A stretch of 63,147 bases of DNA from Candidatus Micrarchaeota archaeon (GCA_018812625.1 JAHJDH010000012.1:1-63147), one strand, 5' to 3'. Numbered from the stretch's first letter, positions 37,514-48,939 are shown. Notes: generated by a model not told the origin, from the sequence alone. A program made the numbers and translations.

Positions 37514-37945
37514 TTAAAATTTTGTTAGCATCAGCCCTGTTTTTTTATCTTTTTCTCTTCTGATCTGAGTTTCAAGAGGAAGCAATATTATCTCGCAGGT
37601 AGGCCCGACAATTCCGTTAACTAAATGTCCTCCTAATGTAGAAAAGTCAGACTTTCCAAGAACTATGTGGATATGTGCTATGTGTTTCTCTTCTGCCGTT
37701 GAAATATTGCCAGTCATGGAAGCAATCTCAAACATGCCCTCAAACATTCCCGATCCGTATTTTGCATAAACAGTGTCATAATGGGCAATTTCCACATTTT
37801 TCAGCGAACCAATGCCAGATAGATATGCACTTTTGATATTTTCTGCTTTGCAGACTTCTATTACTGATTTTTGGATTTCGTCTCCTTGATCCAGTCTTAT
37901 TACAACTTCATATTCTCCTTTTTTCCACTGCATATCTTGTTTCAC
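37514..37945 (-). CDS. PPC domain (DUF296) protein
   Basis: VIRLDQGDEI, SGIGSL, FEIASMTGNIS, HIHIVLG, GGHL, PTCEI. Confidence 0.9.
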   Translation of the reverse strand: MKQDMQWKKGEYEVVIRLDQGDEIQKSVIEVCKAENIKSAYLSGIGSLKNVEIAHYDTVYAKYGSGMFEGMFEIASMTGNISTAEEKHIAHIHIVLGKSDFSTLGGHLVNGIVGPTCEIILLPLETQIRREKDKKTGLMLTKF

Positions 37946-37950
37946 CTTAA

Positions 37951-38382
37951 CTATACTAATTCTTCTGCCTTGAAAATCCTCTCACAGTAATAACATCTGT
38001 AGCTTTCACTTTCTTTTTTGAATTTGTTGGTTGCCTTTTCGCTATTTGTTATGCAGTTAGGGTTTGGGCACTTTCCAGCGTTTTCAAGTTCATCTGGAAG
38101 TTCTACCTTGAATTTATCCGCGACTTTTTCTCCTTTGATAATATTGATTGTAGAGCCTGGAGAAATCAATGCAATAATGTCTGCAGCACTCTTGTCTACT
38201 ATTTTTCCCTCGATTTTTACAATATCTTTTGTTCCTCCTTGTTTGCTTGGAACATGCATCATCAAAGCAACTCTGTGAGGATAATCCTCAACAATGTTTA
38301 GAATCTCAAGAACCTTGTATCCTTTTCCTGGTTTAATGTGGTCAACTACTGTTCCCATTTCAATTGTATCTACTTTGAGCAT
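37951..38382 (-). CDS. pyrI: Aspartate carbamoyltransferase regulatory chain
   Basis: LKVDTIEMGTVVDHI, KDIVKIE, CPNPNCITN...CYYCE Zn site. Confidence 0.95.
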   Translation of the reverse strand: MLKVDTIEMGTVVDHIKPGKGYKVLEILNIVEDYPHRVALMMHVPSKQGGTKDIVKIEGKIVDKSAADIIALISPGSTINIIKGEKVADKFKVELPDELENAGKCPNPNCITNSEKATNKFKKESESYRCYYCERIFKAEELV

Positions 38383-38388
38383 TTCATA

Positions 38389-39276
38389 TCACCTTAGAAT
38401 ATAATCAAGAACTGCTTGCCTTAGCGGAATTCCGTAATGCGCCTGCTCGAAATATTTTGCCTGTGGCATCTCATCAATCGAGCTTTCAATTTCATTTATC
38501 TTTGGAAGTGGGTGCAAAATCACCAAATCTTCTTTTGCATCTTTCAAATCTGCTTTCTTTATTCTGAACTTTTCCATGACGCTTTGTGCTTCATATGGAT
38601 CTGCAAATCTCTCTGCCTGGATTCTGCAAACATAAAGAACATCAGCATCAGAATAATCTGGTTTGTTATCGATCTTTACATTAAGTCCGAATTTGTCATT
38701 TACTTCCTCGAGGTATTTTTTGTCCATCTCAAGACCAGATGGAGAAACCAAGGTTACATTTGCACCAAACATGCCAAGTCCATAAACAAGAGATCTCATT
38801 GTTCTTGCATGCTTCAGGTCTCCAAGAAGAGTGATGTTCAAATCTTTGATTCTTCCCTTTGTTTTCTTTATTGAAAATAAGTCAATCAGTGTTTGGGTTG
38901 GGTGCTGGTTTCCACCGTCTCCGCCATTTACTACTGGTTTTTTTATTACGGTAGATGCAAGCCTGACAGCACCTTCTTTTGGATGTCTGATTGCAAGTGC
39001 ATCTGCATACCCCTCGACTGTTTTCAAAGTGTCTGCAAAACTTTCTCCTTTTTTGAGAGAACTAGTTCCTGGTGAAAAATCCAGTACTTCCATTCCGCAT
39101 CTCATTGCTGCTGACTGGAATGATAATTTGGTTCTTGTCGATGGTTCAAAGAACATCGTTGCAAGTATTTTCCCGTCAAGATCAACCGTTGCTTTGCCGT
39201 TATCGATTTTTTCAGCGTGATCCAAAATCCCTTCAATGTCTTTACTGTCTATGTCTCTGATAGAAATCAGGTTCAT
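38389..39276 (-). CDS. pyrB: Aspartate carbamoyltransferase catalytic chain
   Basis: FFEPSTRTKLSF, KGES, NGGDGGNQHPTQTL, GDLKHART, LHPLP. Confidence 0.97.
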   Translation of the reverse strand: MNLISIRDIDSKDIEGILDHAEKIDNGKATVDLDGKILATMFFEPSTRTKLSFQSAAMRCGMEVLDFSPGTSSLKKGESFADTLKTVEGYADALAIRHPKEGAVRLASTVIKKPVVNGGDGGNQHPTQTLIDLFSIKKTKGRIKDLNITLLGDLKHARTMRSLVYGLGMFGANVTLVSPSGLEMDKKYLEEVNDKFGLNVKIDNKPDYSDADVLYVCRIQAERFADPYEAQSVMEKFRIKKADLKDAKEDLVILHPLPKINEIESSIDEMPQAKYFEQAHYGIPLRQAVLDYILR

Positions 39277-39409
39277 TTATTGCACCATAACCTATAGACA
39301 AATTAAGTTTAAAAAATAGGCGAACGCTGCTCCTATTTTTTTATGTTGGGCAGACAATCAAAAACAGTAGCTTTTTCTTCTTTTTCTTTTTAACTATCAA
39401 AAGAATCAT

Positions 39410-39973
39410 ATGCTAATCGTATTTGAAGGTGTGGATGGCTCTGGAAAAGGAACGCAGGTAAAGCTTCTTGCAAAAAAACTGGGTGCAGTTGTATTCAAAT
39501 ACCCAACATCCAAATTTCAGATGCTCAATGATTTCCTCGAGAAAAAAAGAACTATTGATCCAAAATCACTATTCCTGTTATTTCTGGCAGATATTGCTGA
39601 AGATCAGGAAAATGTGAAAAAGGCGCTTGATTCTGGAAAAAACGTAATTCTCGATCGCTACATATTTTCAACAATCTCCTATGAAGTAAATAGCATTGAT
39701 CATGAGCGCGGAAAGAAAATCGTTGAAGGAATCAATTTTATCAAACCCGATCTTGTGATCCTACTTGATATTGATTCTAAAACCTCTCAAGGCAGAAAAA
39801 CTGCACAAAAGAAGCTCGATCGCTACGAAGAAGATGCGCTCTATCTTGATAAAGTTCGGGCAAATTTTCAAAGGCTTGCAGAAGAAAGGTTTTTAACACC
39901 TAATTGGCACATGTTTGACGCTAATCGCGATATAGACACTATTCATGCTGAAATTGTGAAACTTTTATCTTAA
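39410..39973 (+). CDS. tmk: Thymidylate kinase
   Basis: FEGVDGSGKGTQ P-loop, ILDRYIFSTISY, KPDLVILLD. Confidence 0.93.
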   Translation: MLIVFEGVDGSGKGTQVKLLAKKLGAVVFKYPTSKFQMLNDFLEKKRTIDPKSLFLLFLADIAEDQENVKKALDSGKNVILDRYIFSTISYEVNSIDHERGKKIVEGINFIKPDLVILLDIDSKTSQGRKTAQKKLDRYEEDALYLDKVRANFQRLAEERFLTPNWHMFDANRDIDTIHAEIVKLLS

Positions 39974-40048
39974 GCTGCGTTCGTCTAGTCCGGTCAAGGA
40001 TTGTGGACTTTCACTCCATCGACCTGGGTTCGAATCCCAGACGCAGCA
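39974..40048 (+). tRNA. tRNA-Glu(UUC)
   Basis: Acceptor GCTGCGT/ACGCAGC, anticodon stem GTGGA/TCCAT with TTC at 40010-40012, T-arm CTGGG-TTCGAAT-CCCAG. No encoded CCA; begins immediately after the tmk stop. Confidence 0.96.
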
Positions 40049-40051
40049 ATT
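40029..40051 (+). repeat. 23-bp direct repeat copy 1 (tRNA-Glu 3' end, att-like)
   Basis: TTCGAATCCCAGACGCAGCAATT, identical at 41132-41154. Confidence 0.92.
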
Positions 40052-40097
40052 ATTTTTATTCCCATCATTTACCATAATTCATTTAGCTGCAATATTC

Positions 40098-41003
40098 TTA
40101 TTTATCAAAATTTGTATATTGTTCTAGTAATTGATTGGCAAGAAATATTGCAAATGGTTTTTCCTCTCCATTATCTGATGCTTCTATTACGTTGTAATAC
40201 TCCTCCTTATTTTGGACACTGATGATTACTGGTGGGAATTTCTTTTTCATTAGTATCCAGTTCATTACAAGTCTTGATGTTCTTCCATTTCCATCTGTAA
40301 ATGGATGTATTTGTACAAAATTATTGTGAAACCAACCGGCTAATTCAACTGGATGTAGTTTCATTTTTATTTTTTTGTATTTGCTAATCATTTTTCCCAT
40401 CTGGTTTTTGACTTCCTTAGCTTTGGGGGGTTTCCATTCAGATCCTCCTATTCGAACTTCTCCATCTCTGTATTTTCCCTGTATCCTACATTTCGTGTTT
40501 TTTGTAACTTCATACTGTAACTTCTGTAGAAACTTTTCATTGAGACTGCCATTGTATTTTTTGATAAAATTCCATGCATCCTTACCATTCATAACTTCTA
40601 TAACATCCTCTGTTTTGGTACCCTGAGGAGCAATATCATCTGATAAAATGAGTGCAGTTTGTCTTAAGCTAAGTGGATTCCCTTCTATTGCATTAGTGTT
40701 ATATGTAAACCGTACGAGGAAGTCTTTTGGGGCCAGATCACTAGGCAAACCTTTGAATATTGTTACAGTAGCATGAAGGTCCTCAATTCTTTCAATTGTT
40801 TCTTTGGGCAACCATTTGGCCGAATATGGTTTTGGTGCTTTTTTTTCAATTTCTTTGAATAATCCCTGTAATTTCTCATGTGGTGGAATTTTTTTACCAA
40901 GAAAAATCCTGACTTTTTTTACAACTGTTGGAGACATTCTTACATTTTTCACTAAGTAGTAATAGAAATTATCTCCGTGCCTTTGTTTTTCTATAAATGA
41001 CAT
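40098..41003 (-). CDS. fic: Fic-domain protein (AMPylase), class II-like with internal inhibitory helix
   Basis: HPFTDGNGRTSR catalytic motif; TNAIEGN matches the (S/T)xxxE(G/N) inhibitory motif. Confidence 0.93.
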   Translation of the reverse strand: MSFIEKQRHGDNFYYYLVKNVRMSPTVVKKVRIFLGKKIPPHEKLQGLFKEIEKKAPKPYSAKWLPKETIERIEDLHATVTIFKGLPSDLAPKDFLVRFTYNTNAIEGNPLSLRQTALILSDDIAPQGTKTEDVIEVMNGKDAWNFIKKYNGSLNEKFLQKLQYEVTKNTKCRIQGKYRDGEVRIGGSEWKPPKAKEVKNQMGKMISKYKKIKMKLHPVELAGWFHNNFVQIHPFTDGNGRTSRLVMNWILMKKKFPPVIISVQNKEEYYNVIEASDNGEEKPFAIFLANQLLEQYTNFDK

Positions 41004-41131
41004 AATATGGCTACAAGTTTAATCTTTATAAGTATTGTGGTCATAATGGCTACAGATCCACATTTTTATAATTTTGTAGCCATATACTCTCAAATTAAGA
41101 TCATGTTGCGAAAGAATTAACTCATCATAAA

Positions 41132-41154
41132 TTCGAATCCCAGACGCAGCAATT
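41132..41154 (+). repeat. 23-bp direct repeat copy 2 (attR-like partial tRNA)
   Basis: Exact copy of 40029-40051. Confidence 0.92.
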
Positions 41155-41181
41155 TATTCTTCAATAGCCTCATTCCTAACC

Positions 41182-42231
41182 TTATTTATTCCAAATCGCG
41201 TCAATGCTACTTCTGCTCATTATAGAAGCATCCTGGAGAATTTGATTATATCTGCTCATAGCATCATCCATGGTTCTTCTGTGCAATCTACCAAGTGAAT
41301 CTCTCATTGGATCGTCCTGTTCAGTATAGTCAATCGTCTCACTGACATTTGAGAGAAGAACATCTGATGATCGCGAGTCAAGCTCTGAAATATCTGCACT
41401 TAGAATAGCCTCTCTTATTTCAGGATCAAGATTCTCAAGAGCTGCAATTGTCTCTTCCCCAGAAAAGTTTTCATTAGCAAAAATCCTGCTCTGCATATGA
41501 GTGAGCATAATGTCTATCATGCTTAGCGGAAGCCTTTCCATAATCAGCGCAGCATCAATGTTTCCATCTAAAATCTCATCTGCAATTCTCATCATACCCC
41601 TTGCCATTGCAAGAGTTGCTTCTCCAAGAAGCCTTAGGCATTCTGCATCATAGCTTTCATGAGAATTGCCAATCGTACTTCTCAAATACTGAAGAACAAG
41701 TGGGGAAAAACCTTCACTGTTTTCAATCATCACTCCGGCATCTGCAAGCATTTCAAGTGCGCGCATAACCTCTTCAATACTAGAGCTTTCCATAAGATCA
41801 AGAAGTCTATAATCTGGTGAATGGGACTCTGGAACATTATTTTCAGGATTCTGCAATCCCTTTGATGAAACTGGATTAAAATAATCCTGATATCCCTTTA
41901 CTGAATAGTCTGCTGGTCGTGCTATTTTTTCACATGTTATTTCACTATCATCTGGAAAATCTCTGGAGAGCCTTTTCAGCAGCGGTCTTGTCTTTTCTGC
42001 ACTTCTCACCATTACTTTAACTCTTATATTGGATTCAGCTTCATTGTTTTCTGGCTCTGCAATTTGATGTACTATGGGAGGCCTTACAGTTATCTCTGGT
42101 TCTCTTGGCCTATCGCACATGCTATACATTAATCCTGCCACTATCAGTGTTGCGGATGCTGTTGCAAATATACGTAGCTTCTTAGAAATGTTTTTTGTTT
42201 CTCCTCTCTGGGACTTCAACTGTCTAACCAT
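41182..42231 (-). CDS. N-terminally membrane-anchored hypothetical protein
   Basis: Basic n-region + IFATASATLIVAGLMYSMC; acidic helical C-terminus. Confidence 0.8.
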   Translation of the reverse strand: MVRQLKSQRGETKNISKKLRIFATASATLIVAGLMYSMCDRPREPEITVRPPIVHQIAEPENNEAESNIRVKVMVRSAEKTRPLLKRLSRDFPDDSEITCEKIARPADYSVKGYQDYFNPVSSKGLQNPENNVPESHSPDYRLLDLMESSSIEEVMRALEMLADAGVMIENSEGFSPLVLQYLRSTIGNSHESYDAECLRLLGEATLAMARGMMRIADEILDGNIDAALIMERLPLSMIDIMLTHMQSRIFANENFSGEETIAALENLDPEIREAILSADISELDSRSSDVLLSNVSETIDYTEQDDPMRDSLGRLHRRTMDDAMSRYNQILQDASIMSRSSIDAIWNK

Positions 42232-42324
42232 AATATATCACTTTTGACCAATTGCCCTTATATTACTATCTGTGTTAAACAAGGTATTTTAAAGGCAATT
42301 ATCAATCAACTACTTGATACTTTT

Positions 42325-42936
42325 ATGTCTAGACTTTCTACTGTTCCAGGAGTTTTCAATTTTGCTGATGCCATGGCACAAGAAAAAAAAGGGAAAAGGC
42401 TTGTCCCAAACAGCCTTGTTTCAAAAGTTATTGCTGAAGGCATTCAGGACTCTAGTCCAGGCAGCAAGGTCTGGACAAGAACAATCATTGCATTTCCTGC
42501 TCCTGGTCTTGCATTTGGCTATGAAGTTTGTTTTACAAATCGTCCCTATTCTTTTGTTCTTGATACAAGTCAATTTAGTGGAGAGAAAAAGATTGCCCTG
42601 GCGTTTGATGATTTTTCTGTTCATAGGGATGGAAGGAGAGTGGAATTCATTCCACGAAGCATTGATATTATAACTGACTTTCCGCAGGAGAGTGGCTGGT
42701 GTGGTTCGAGCAAAAACGGGATCCCCCAGCATAACTCCAAATATGATCTTTATCTGTGGAGATGGGCATGTGAGATGATAGTTCCGGTCGTTCGTTTCCC
42801 CGGAAGCACAGGGTCTTTTGGACAAAAAGATTTTTTCCTAAACCATCGTCATTCTGATCGCTTTGGTGTTTTATTGTCATCTGATGAAATCCAAAAGGAC
42901 CAGATTGTTCCTATTCGCCTTGTCCAATCAGTTTAA
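42325..42936 (+). CDS. Hypothetical protein, possible C-type-lectin/FGE-like fold
   Basis: FNFADA..., WTRTIIAF, YLWR...PVVR...SDRFGVL pattern; fold is a guess. Confidence 0.55.
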   Translation: MSRLSTVPGVFNFADAMAQEKKGKRLVPNSLVSKVIAEGIQDSSPGSKVWTRTIIAFPAPGLAFGYEVCFTNRPYSFVLDTSQFSGEKKIALAFDDFSVHRDGRRVEFIPRSIDIITDFPQESGWCGSSKNGIPQHNSKYDLYLWRWACEMIVPVVRFPGSTGSFGQKDFFLNHRHSDRFGVLLSSDEIQKDQIVPIRLVQSV

Positions 42937-42960
42937 TTTCTTTTTTATCTGAAGTAACTC

Positions 42961-43896
42961 ATGAGGATTTTCTTATTCCTGTTTCTTCTGTCTGCTTTTT
43001 CATTTTCACTAAATGTAACTCATTTTCTCAATATCGAGACCGAAATAATCTGTCCGGATAATGATCTTGTTATGACTGCAATTGCATCAAATGGATCTCC
43101 TGCTCCAGCAGTAGAGCTTCGGGTTGTTTTACATTCTCCATATCAGGGTCTTCGTGCTGTCAAAACAACGGATAAGGATGGCATTGCGGTTGCAGAATTA
43201 ACCAAGACCGGATTATATAGAATCTACATAAACACAGAATTTTACAATCACGATGACTTTGTTGAATTTAATTATTCAGAACTTTGTCCAGCTCCTCCAC
43301 CAAAACAATTCAATATTTCTGTTATTCCTCTTTGCAATCAAAGTCAGTTGATGGTTCAGGTTGCTGAAGATGATGTTCCTTTGCAGGATGTTTTTGTCAG
43401 GACTCTCAATTGGTCATCTACAACAAACAACTATGGGCAGGTTATTCTTCCTCTTGATGAAGGGTATGTTTACATAGTTGCAAACAAGTCTGGATTTGTC
43501 CGCCAGGAATTCTGGATTGATATCAATTGCACACCTGCACCACCTCCTCCTTCGCCAGAATGTTTGCAAAATCCAGATTGCGCGCCCAATCAGATTTGCG
43601 AAAATGAAACATGCGTAAATATTTCAGGAACATGTGGATATGCAGAAAATCATAGCTGGATAGACTACGCGTGCTGCGAGGATAATGACTGCGGCTACAA
43701 GATGATCTGCGAAAACAACAGCTGTATAATCAAGCCTGCTCCCAAGCCAAATATCACAGAAAATATTTCTTCGAACGATTCAAACAAATCAACTTTGGCT
43801 GAAGATGAGGGCCCTTCGCAAATCCAACTTGGTATTATTGCTGCTATTCTCATTTTGCTAATTATTACTGGATATTTTGTTCTAAAGAAAAAATAG
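42961..43896 (+). CDS. Secreted surface glycoprotein: signal peptide, two small beta-sandwich domains, Cys-rich module, C-terminal TM
   Basis: MRIFLFLFLLSAFSFS signal, several N-x-S/T sequons, poly-Pro linker, ~10-Cys module, TM + KKK. Confidence 0.85.
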   Translation: MRIFLFLFLLSAFSFSLNVTHFLNIETEIICPDNDLVMTAIASNGSPAPAVELRVVLHSPYQGLRAVKTTDKDGIAVAELTKTGLYRIYINTEFYNHDDFVEFNYSELCPAPPPKQFNISVIPLCNQSQLMVQVAEDDVPLQDVFVRTLNWSSTTNNYGQVILPLDEGYVYIVANKSGFVRQEFWIDINCTPAPPPPSPECLQNPDCAPNQICENETCVNISGTCGYAENHSWIDYACCEDNDCGYKMICENNSCIIKPAPKPNITENISSNDSNKSTLAEDEGPSQIQLGIIAAILILLIITGYFVLKKK

Positions 43897-44152
43897 GTGG
43901 GCTTCCCGGTTAGCTTTTAGCAAACATACAAGGAGCCAACCCAATCCACTCAATCCTGGATCTTACAAGCATGGAATAAAATGTTTAGGGCTGCTTCTTT
44001 CGATCTGACCCGGTTCACACAGTATCCCACCATATAAGGCAGGACGTCAACGCTTCAAGAGGCTGGGCATGCATATTTACCAAAACGCCCCGGGCATTCG
44101 AGTCACCTAAGGGGATTTGTGAAGCCGGGACCCCTAGCCCCGCTCTAGCCCA
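43896..44152 (-). ncRNA. ffs: Signal recognition particle (7S) RNA
   Basis: Helix 8 GGGUCAG-AUC-GAAA-GA-AGCAGCCC (SRP54 motif), helix 1 UGGGCU/AGCCCA, Alu loop-loop UAGGGG/CCCCUUA, long helix 5, TTTAAAA box ~25 nt upstream. Confidence 0.92.
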
Positions 44153-44263
44153 TTAATATAATGCAATTGGCGCTTTTAAATTATGCTGCTAGGAGCGAAG
44201 AGTGGTAAACTACTAATGCCAAAGACCCAATATTGTTTCGCTCTGCTTCTTTTAGTGTTTACT

Positions 44264-44836
44264 TCAGATCGCATATCTAACTCTTTTTTCTACTTTTGCA
44301 ACTCTCTTTAGAACTGACTCTGCTTTAGAATAAGTTTTGTATCCATCTATGAATGCATCTTTTTCTGATATTGCCCGAAGCATTGTAAAAACATCAACTG
44401 CCTTATCCTCAATATCTGCTGAAATAAAACCAAGGCCAAAATCAATCACATAAAAGGAATCTGCTGTTCCTTTTGAGCCTCCCTTTTTGATAATGTTCGC
44501 TGGAGTATAATCTCCATGGATTATGTCTGCCTTGTGCAGTCTGGCAAGAATCCTGCCGGCCTCCCTGCATTCTTCAGCATCCATATCAGGCCTTTTTCCA
44601 TCTAAGAAGCTCATAACAATTTCAAACTCTTCAACCTGCAGAACTGTTGGGCACTTTACTCCAGCAAGTTTAGCCTTGTGAAGAAGCCTTGCTTCGCTTC
44701 TTGTCCTCTCTCTTCTTAGTTTTTCATCAATCTCTTTGAGCCTGTAGCTTTTTGCAATTCGATTTTTCACAATTGCATTATTTCCAATAATCTCAGTTTT
44801 TGAAAGAACTGCTTCTGCTCCTCTCAATTCATTCAC
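44264..44836 (-). CDS. bud32: KEOPS complex kinase/ATPase Bud32 (stand-alone)
   Basis: KNRIAKSYR, RTRSEARLL, HGDYTPANI, IDFGL, DKAVD. Confidence 0.92.
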   Translation of the reverse strand: MNELRGAEAVLSKTEIIGNNAIVKNRIAKSYRLKEIDEKLRRERTRSEARLLHKAKLAGVKCPTVLQVEEFEIVMSFLDGKRPDMDAEECREAGRILARLHKADIIHGDYTPANIIKKGGSKGTADSFYVIDFGLGFISADIEDKAVDVFTMLRAISEKDAFIDGYKTYSKAESVLKRVAKVEKRVRYAI

Positions 44837-45561
44837 CCAAAGAGTAATTTTGAGAATACTATTATTATGACAAACATTATCACAAAGTTTATCATTATCG
44901 CAGGACCTATTATTATCCCTCCAACAAAAAGCAAAAATCCAACGCTAAGCAGCCAGATCATTCTTTTCCAGGCATATACCTTGCTTCCATCAAGTGGGAA
45001 TGCCGGAATCATGTTGAACAGAGCAAGAATCAGATTCATTGCAGCTCCAAATTGCCATACATTTAGTATTCCGTATGCAATTCCAAATCCTGCAAACCCG
45101 CCTTGAAACTTTGCTAGAAATGAATAATATTGTTCTATTGGGGCAATTGAATTCAGGGCAACAAAGAAAGCAACTAATATGATATTAAGTGCAGGCCCTG
45201 CTAGAAAAATAATCCCATTTTCTTTTCTTGTGATATGTCTTGCTTCAATATATACTGCGCCTGGAGCTGCAAACAACACCCCTAACATTGAAGTTGCGAG
45301 CATGAATATTAGTCCCTGAGTCCACATTTTGAATCTTGCGTGTGCGCCATAGTATATTGCAACTAATTTGTGTGCCATTTCATGGAGTATGAATCCGCTT
45401 CCAACTGTCACAAACAGCGGCGCTAGAAATACTAAAAATTCCGTTGGTGAATCAAGTATTCCTTCTGGCCTTGCAAATACTATTCCAAGTGCAACTGAAA
45501 TAGCAACAACACTAATCGCAATCTGTATTATTTCGTCTTTTTCTAGATATAATCTGTACAA
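44833..45561 (-). CDS. Site-2 protease (M50 family) Zn metalloprotease
   Basis: HEMAH, AGPALN, NMIPAFPLDG; TTG start after GGTGA. Confidence 0.92.
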   Translation of the reverse strand: MYRLYLEKDEIIQIAISVVAISVALGIVFARPEGILDSPTEFLVFLAPLFVTVGSGFILHEMAHKLVAIYYGAHARFKMWTQGLIFMLATSMLGVLFAAPGAVYIEARHITRKENGIIFLAGPALNIILVAFFVALNSIAPIEQYYSFLAKFQGGFAGFGIAYGILNVWQFGAAMNLILALFNMIPAFPLDGSKVYAWKRMIWLLSVGFLLFVGGIIIGPAIMINFVIMFVIIIVFSKLLFG

Positions 45562-45565
45562 TCAT

Positions 45566-47700
<2,135 letters not shown>

Positions 47701-47713
<13 letters not shown>

Positions 47714-48657
47714 CTTCTCACCTCGCCGGATTCCACCTTAAGCGCTATTCTATTATTTAATAACTCATCTTTTTTAAGCGTGACAACTGTCGAGAGCAAA
47801 ATATCATTTGAAACTTCAACTCCAAGAAGCCGAAGTGCATTTCCCCTCTCCAGTGTTAGTTCCTGCTCTCCAACTACGGCAACTAGAACGTCTCCGTCAC
47901 ACTCAAGTTTTGTAAGGTTTCCAATTACCATATTTCTTCTAGCAAAGATTCTGGCATCCGAGCTTAGATCAATATTGTCATTGTTGACAAGACCATCTTC
48001 TATTAGAACTTCATCTCCTTCTTTGAGAAGCTCTCCCCGCTCTGCAATTTCCCATATTACTACTCTGCGCTCTGCTCCCTCATCCTTAATCATAAATGAA
48101 AATGCCTTGGAAGTGTTTGTTCCATGTACAAAAGAATCAAAGCCTTCTATTTTGCTGATCTTTCCTCTGATGTGTACATTTTCGCCATTTTTTAGCTCGT
48201 TCAATTTTGTAAATGGGGCCGCCTCAGTAATATTTAGTTTTCCACTATAGCTAAAGTTCAATTCTCCATTGCGTTCATATGCTCCCTTTACTTCTAATTG
48301 ATCCTTTGATCGAAGTCCATTTGCAAGCTTCACATCATCATTCCAGAGAATCAATGGTTTTGAACATGTATCATCTTCAACTTCAATAACTCGTGATTGT
48401 TTTCCCGAAGAGTATGTTGCAACTGGCCAGATTCGCTTTATCTTTGCAGTAAAAGAAATCTTTTTCTCTCCCTTTGGGATTTCAGAAAGTTTGTATATTT
48501 TTTCCTTTTCTTTGAGAAGTCCGTTTTCTTTTGCAATGAGGCGAAGCGCTACATCTCGCGTTAAAAATCCATGAAACGATAAGATTTTTTGCTTGATCTG
48601 AATCTCAAGATCATCACTATTGATAATCTCAAGTAGCTTCGCTTCTATGTCCATCAC
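47701..48657 (-). CDS. Replication protein A-like OB-fold ssDNA-binding protein
   Basis: N-terminal helical domain (GFLTRDVALRLIA) and two OB folds (LILWND, VVIWE). Confidence 0.75.
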
Positions 48658-48918
48658 TTCCTTTCACAGCGAACCGATTTAAACTTGTTTTTAGAAAAGC
48701 ACCAGCATTGGAATTTTTTTACAAAAATTTGGTGACAATGGAACATCGTCTGTTTTTGAGGCTTAGCCAATGCCGATACTTAAGAAATGCTTGGCATGCT
48801 TTTTTTTCTAGGGGTAGAAGATACGGCACACCAAGTCACTTCCTTGTATCATTTAACACAGACCTAGTTAATTAAAGTTATTCCTGAATTTTATTCAAAA
48901 CATGAAAAGAAGAAGAAG

Positions 48919-48939
48919 AATTGCCTGTTTTTGGCAATT
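48919..48939 (-). terminator. Hairpin terminator candidate
   Basis: AATTGCC-N7-GGCAATT just past the 48956 stop, followed by a pyrimidine tract on the minus strand. Confidence 0.4.

Larger units (their letters stand above)
40052..41154. mobile_element. tRNA-anchored islet (~1.1 kb) carrying only a Fic gene
   Basis: Bounded by the duplicated tRNA 3' end; no integrase inside. Confidence 0.65.

Noticed and set aside
42250-42300. AATTGCC...GGCAATT inverted repeat, same heptamer as at 48919-48939
   Set aside because: Only 7 bp, different spacing (37 vs 7 nt) and context; expected by chance in AT-rich DNA.
42325-42936. A complete diversity-generating retroelement
   Set aside because: No reverse transcriptase and no template/variable repeat pair in the window.
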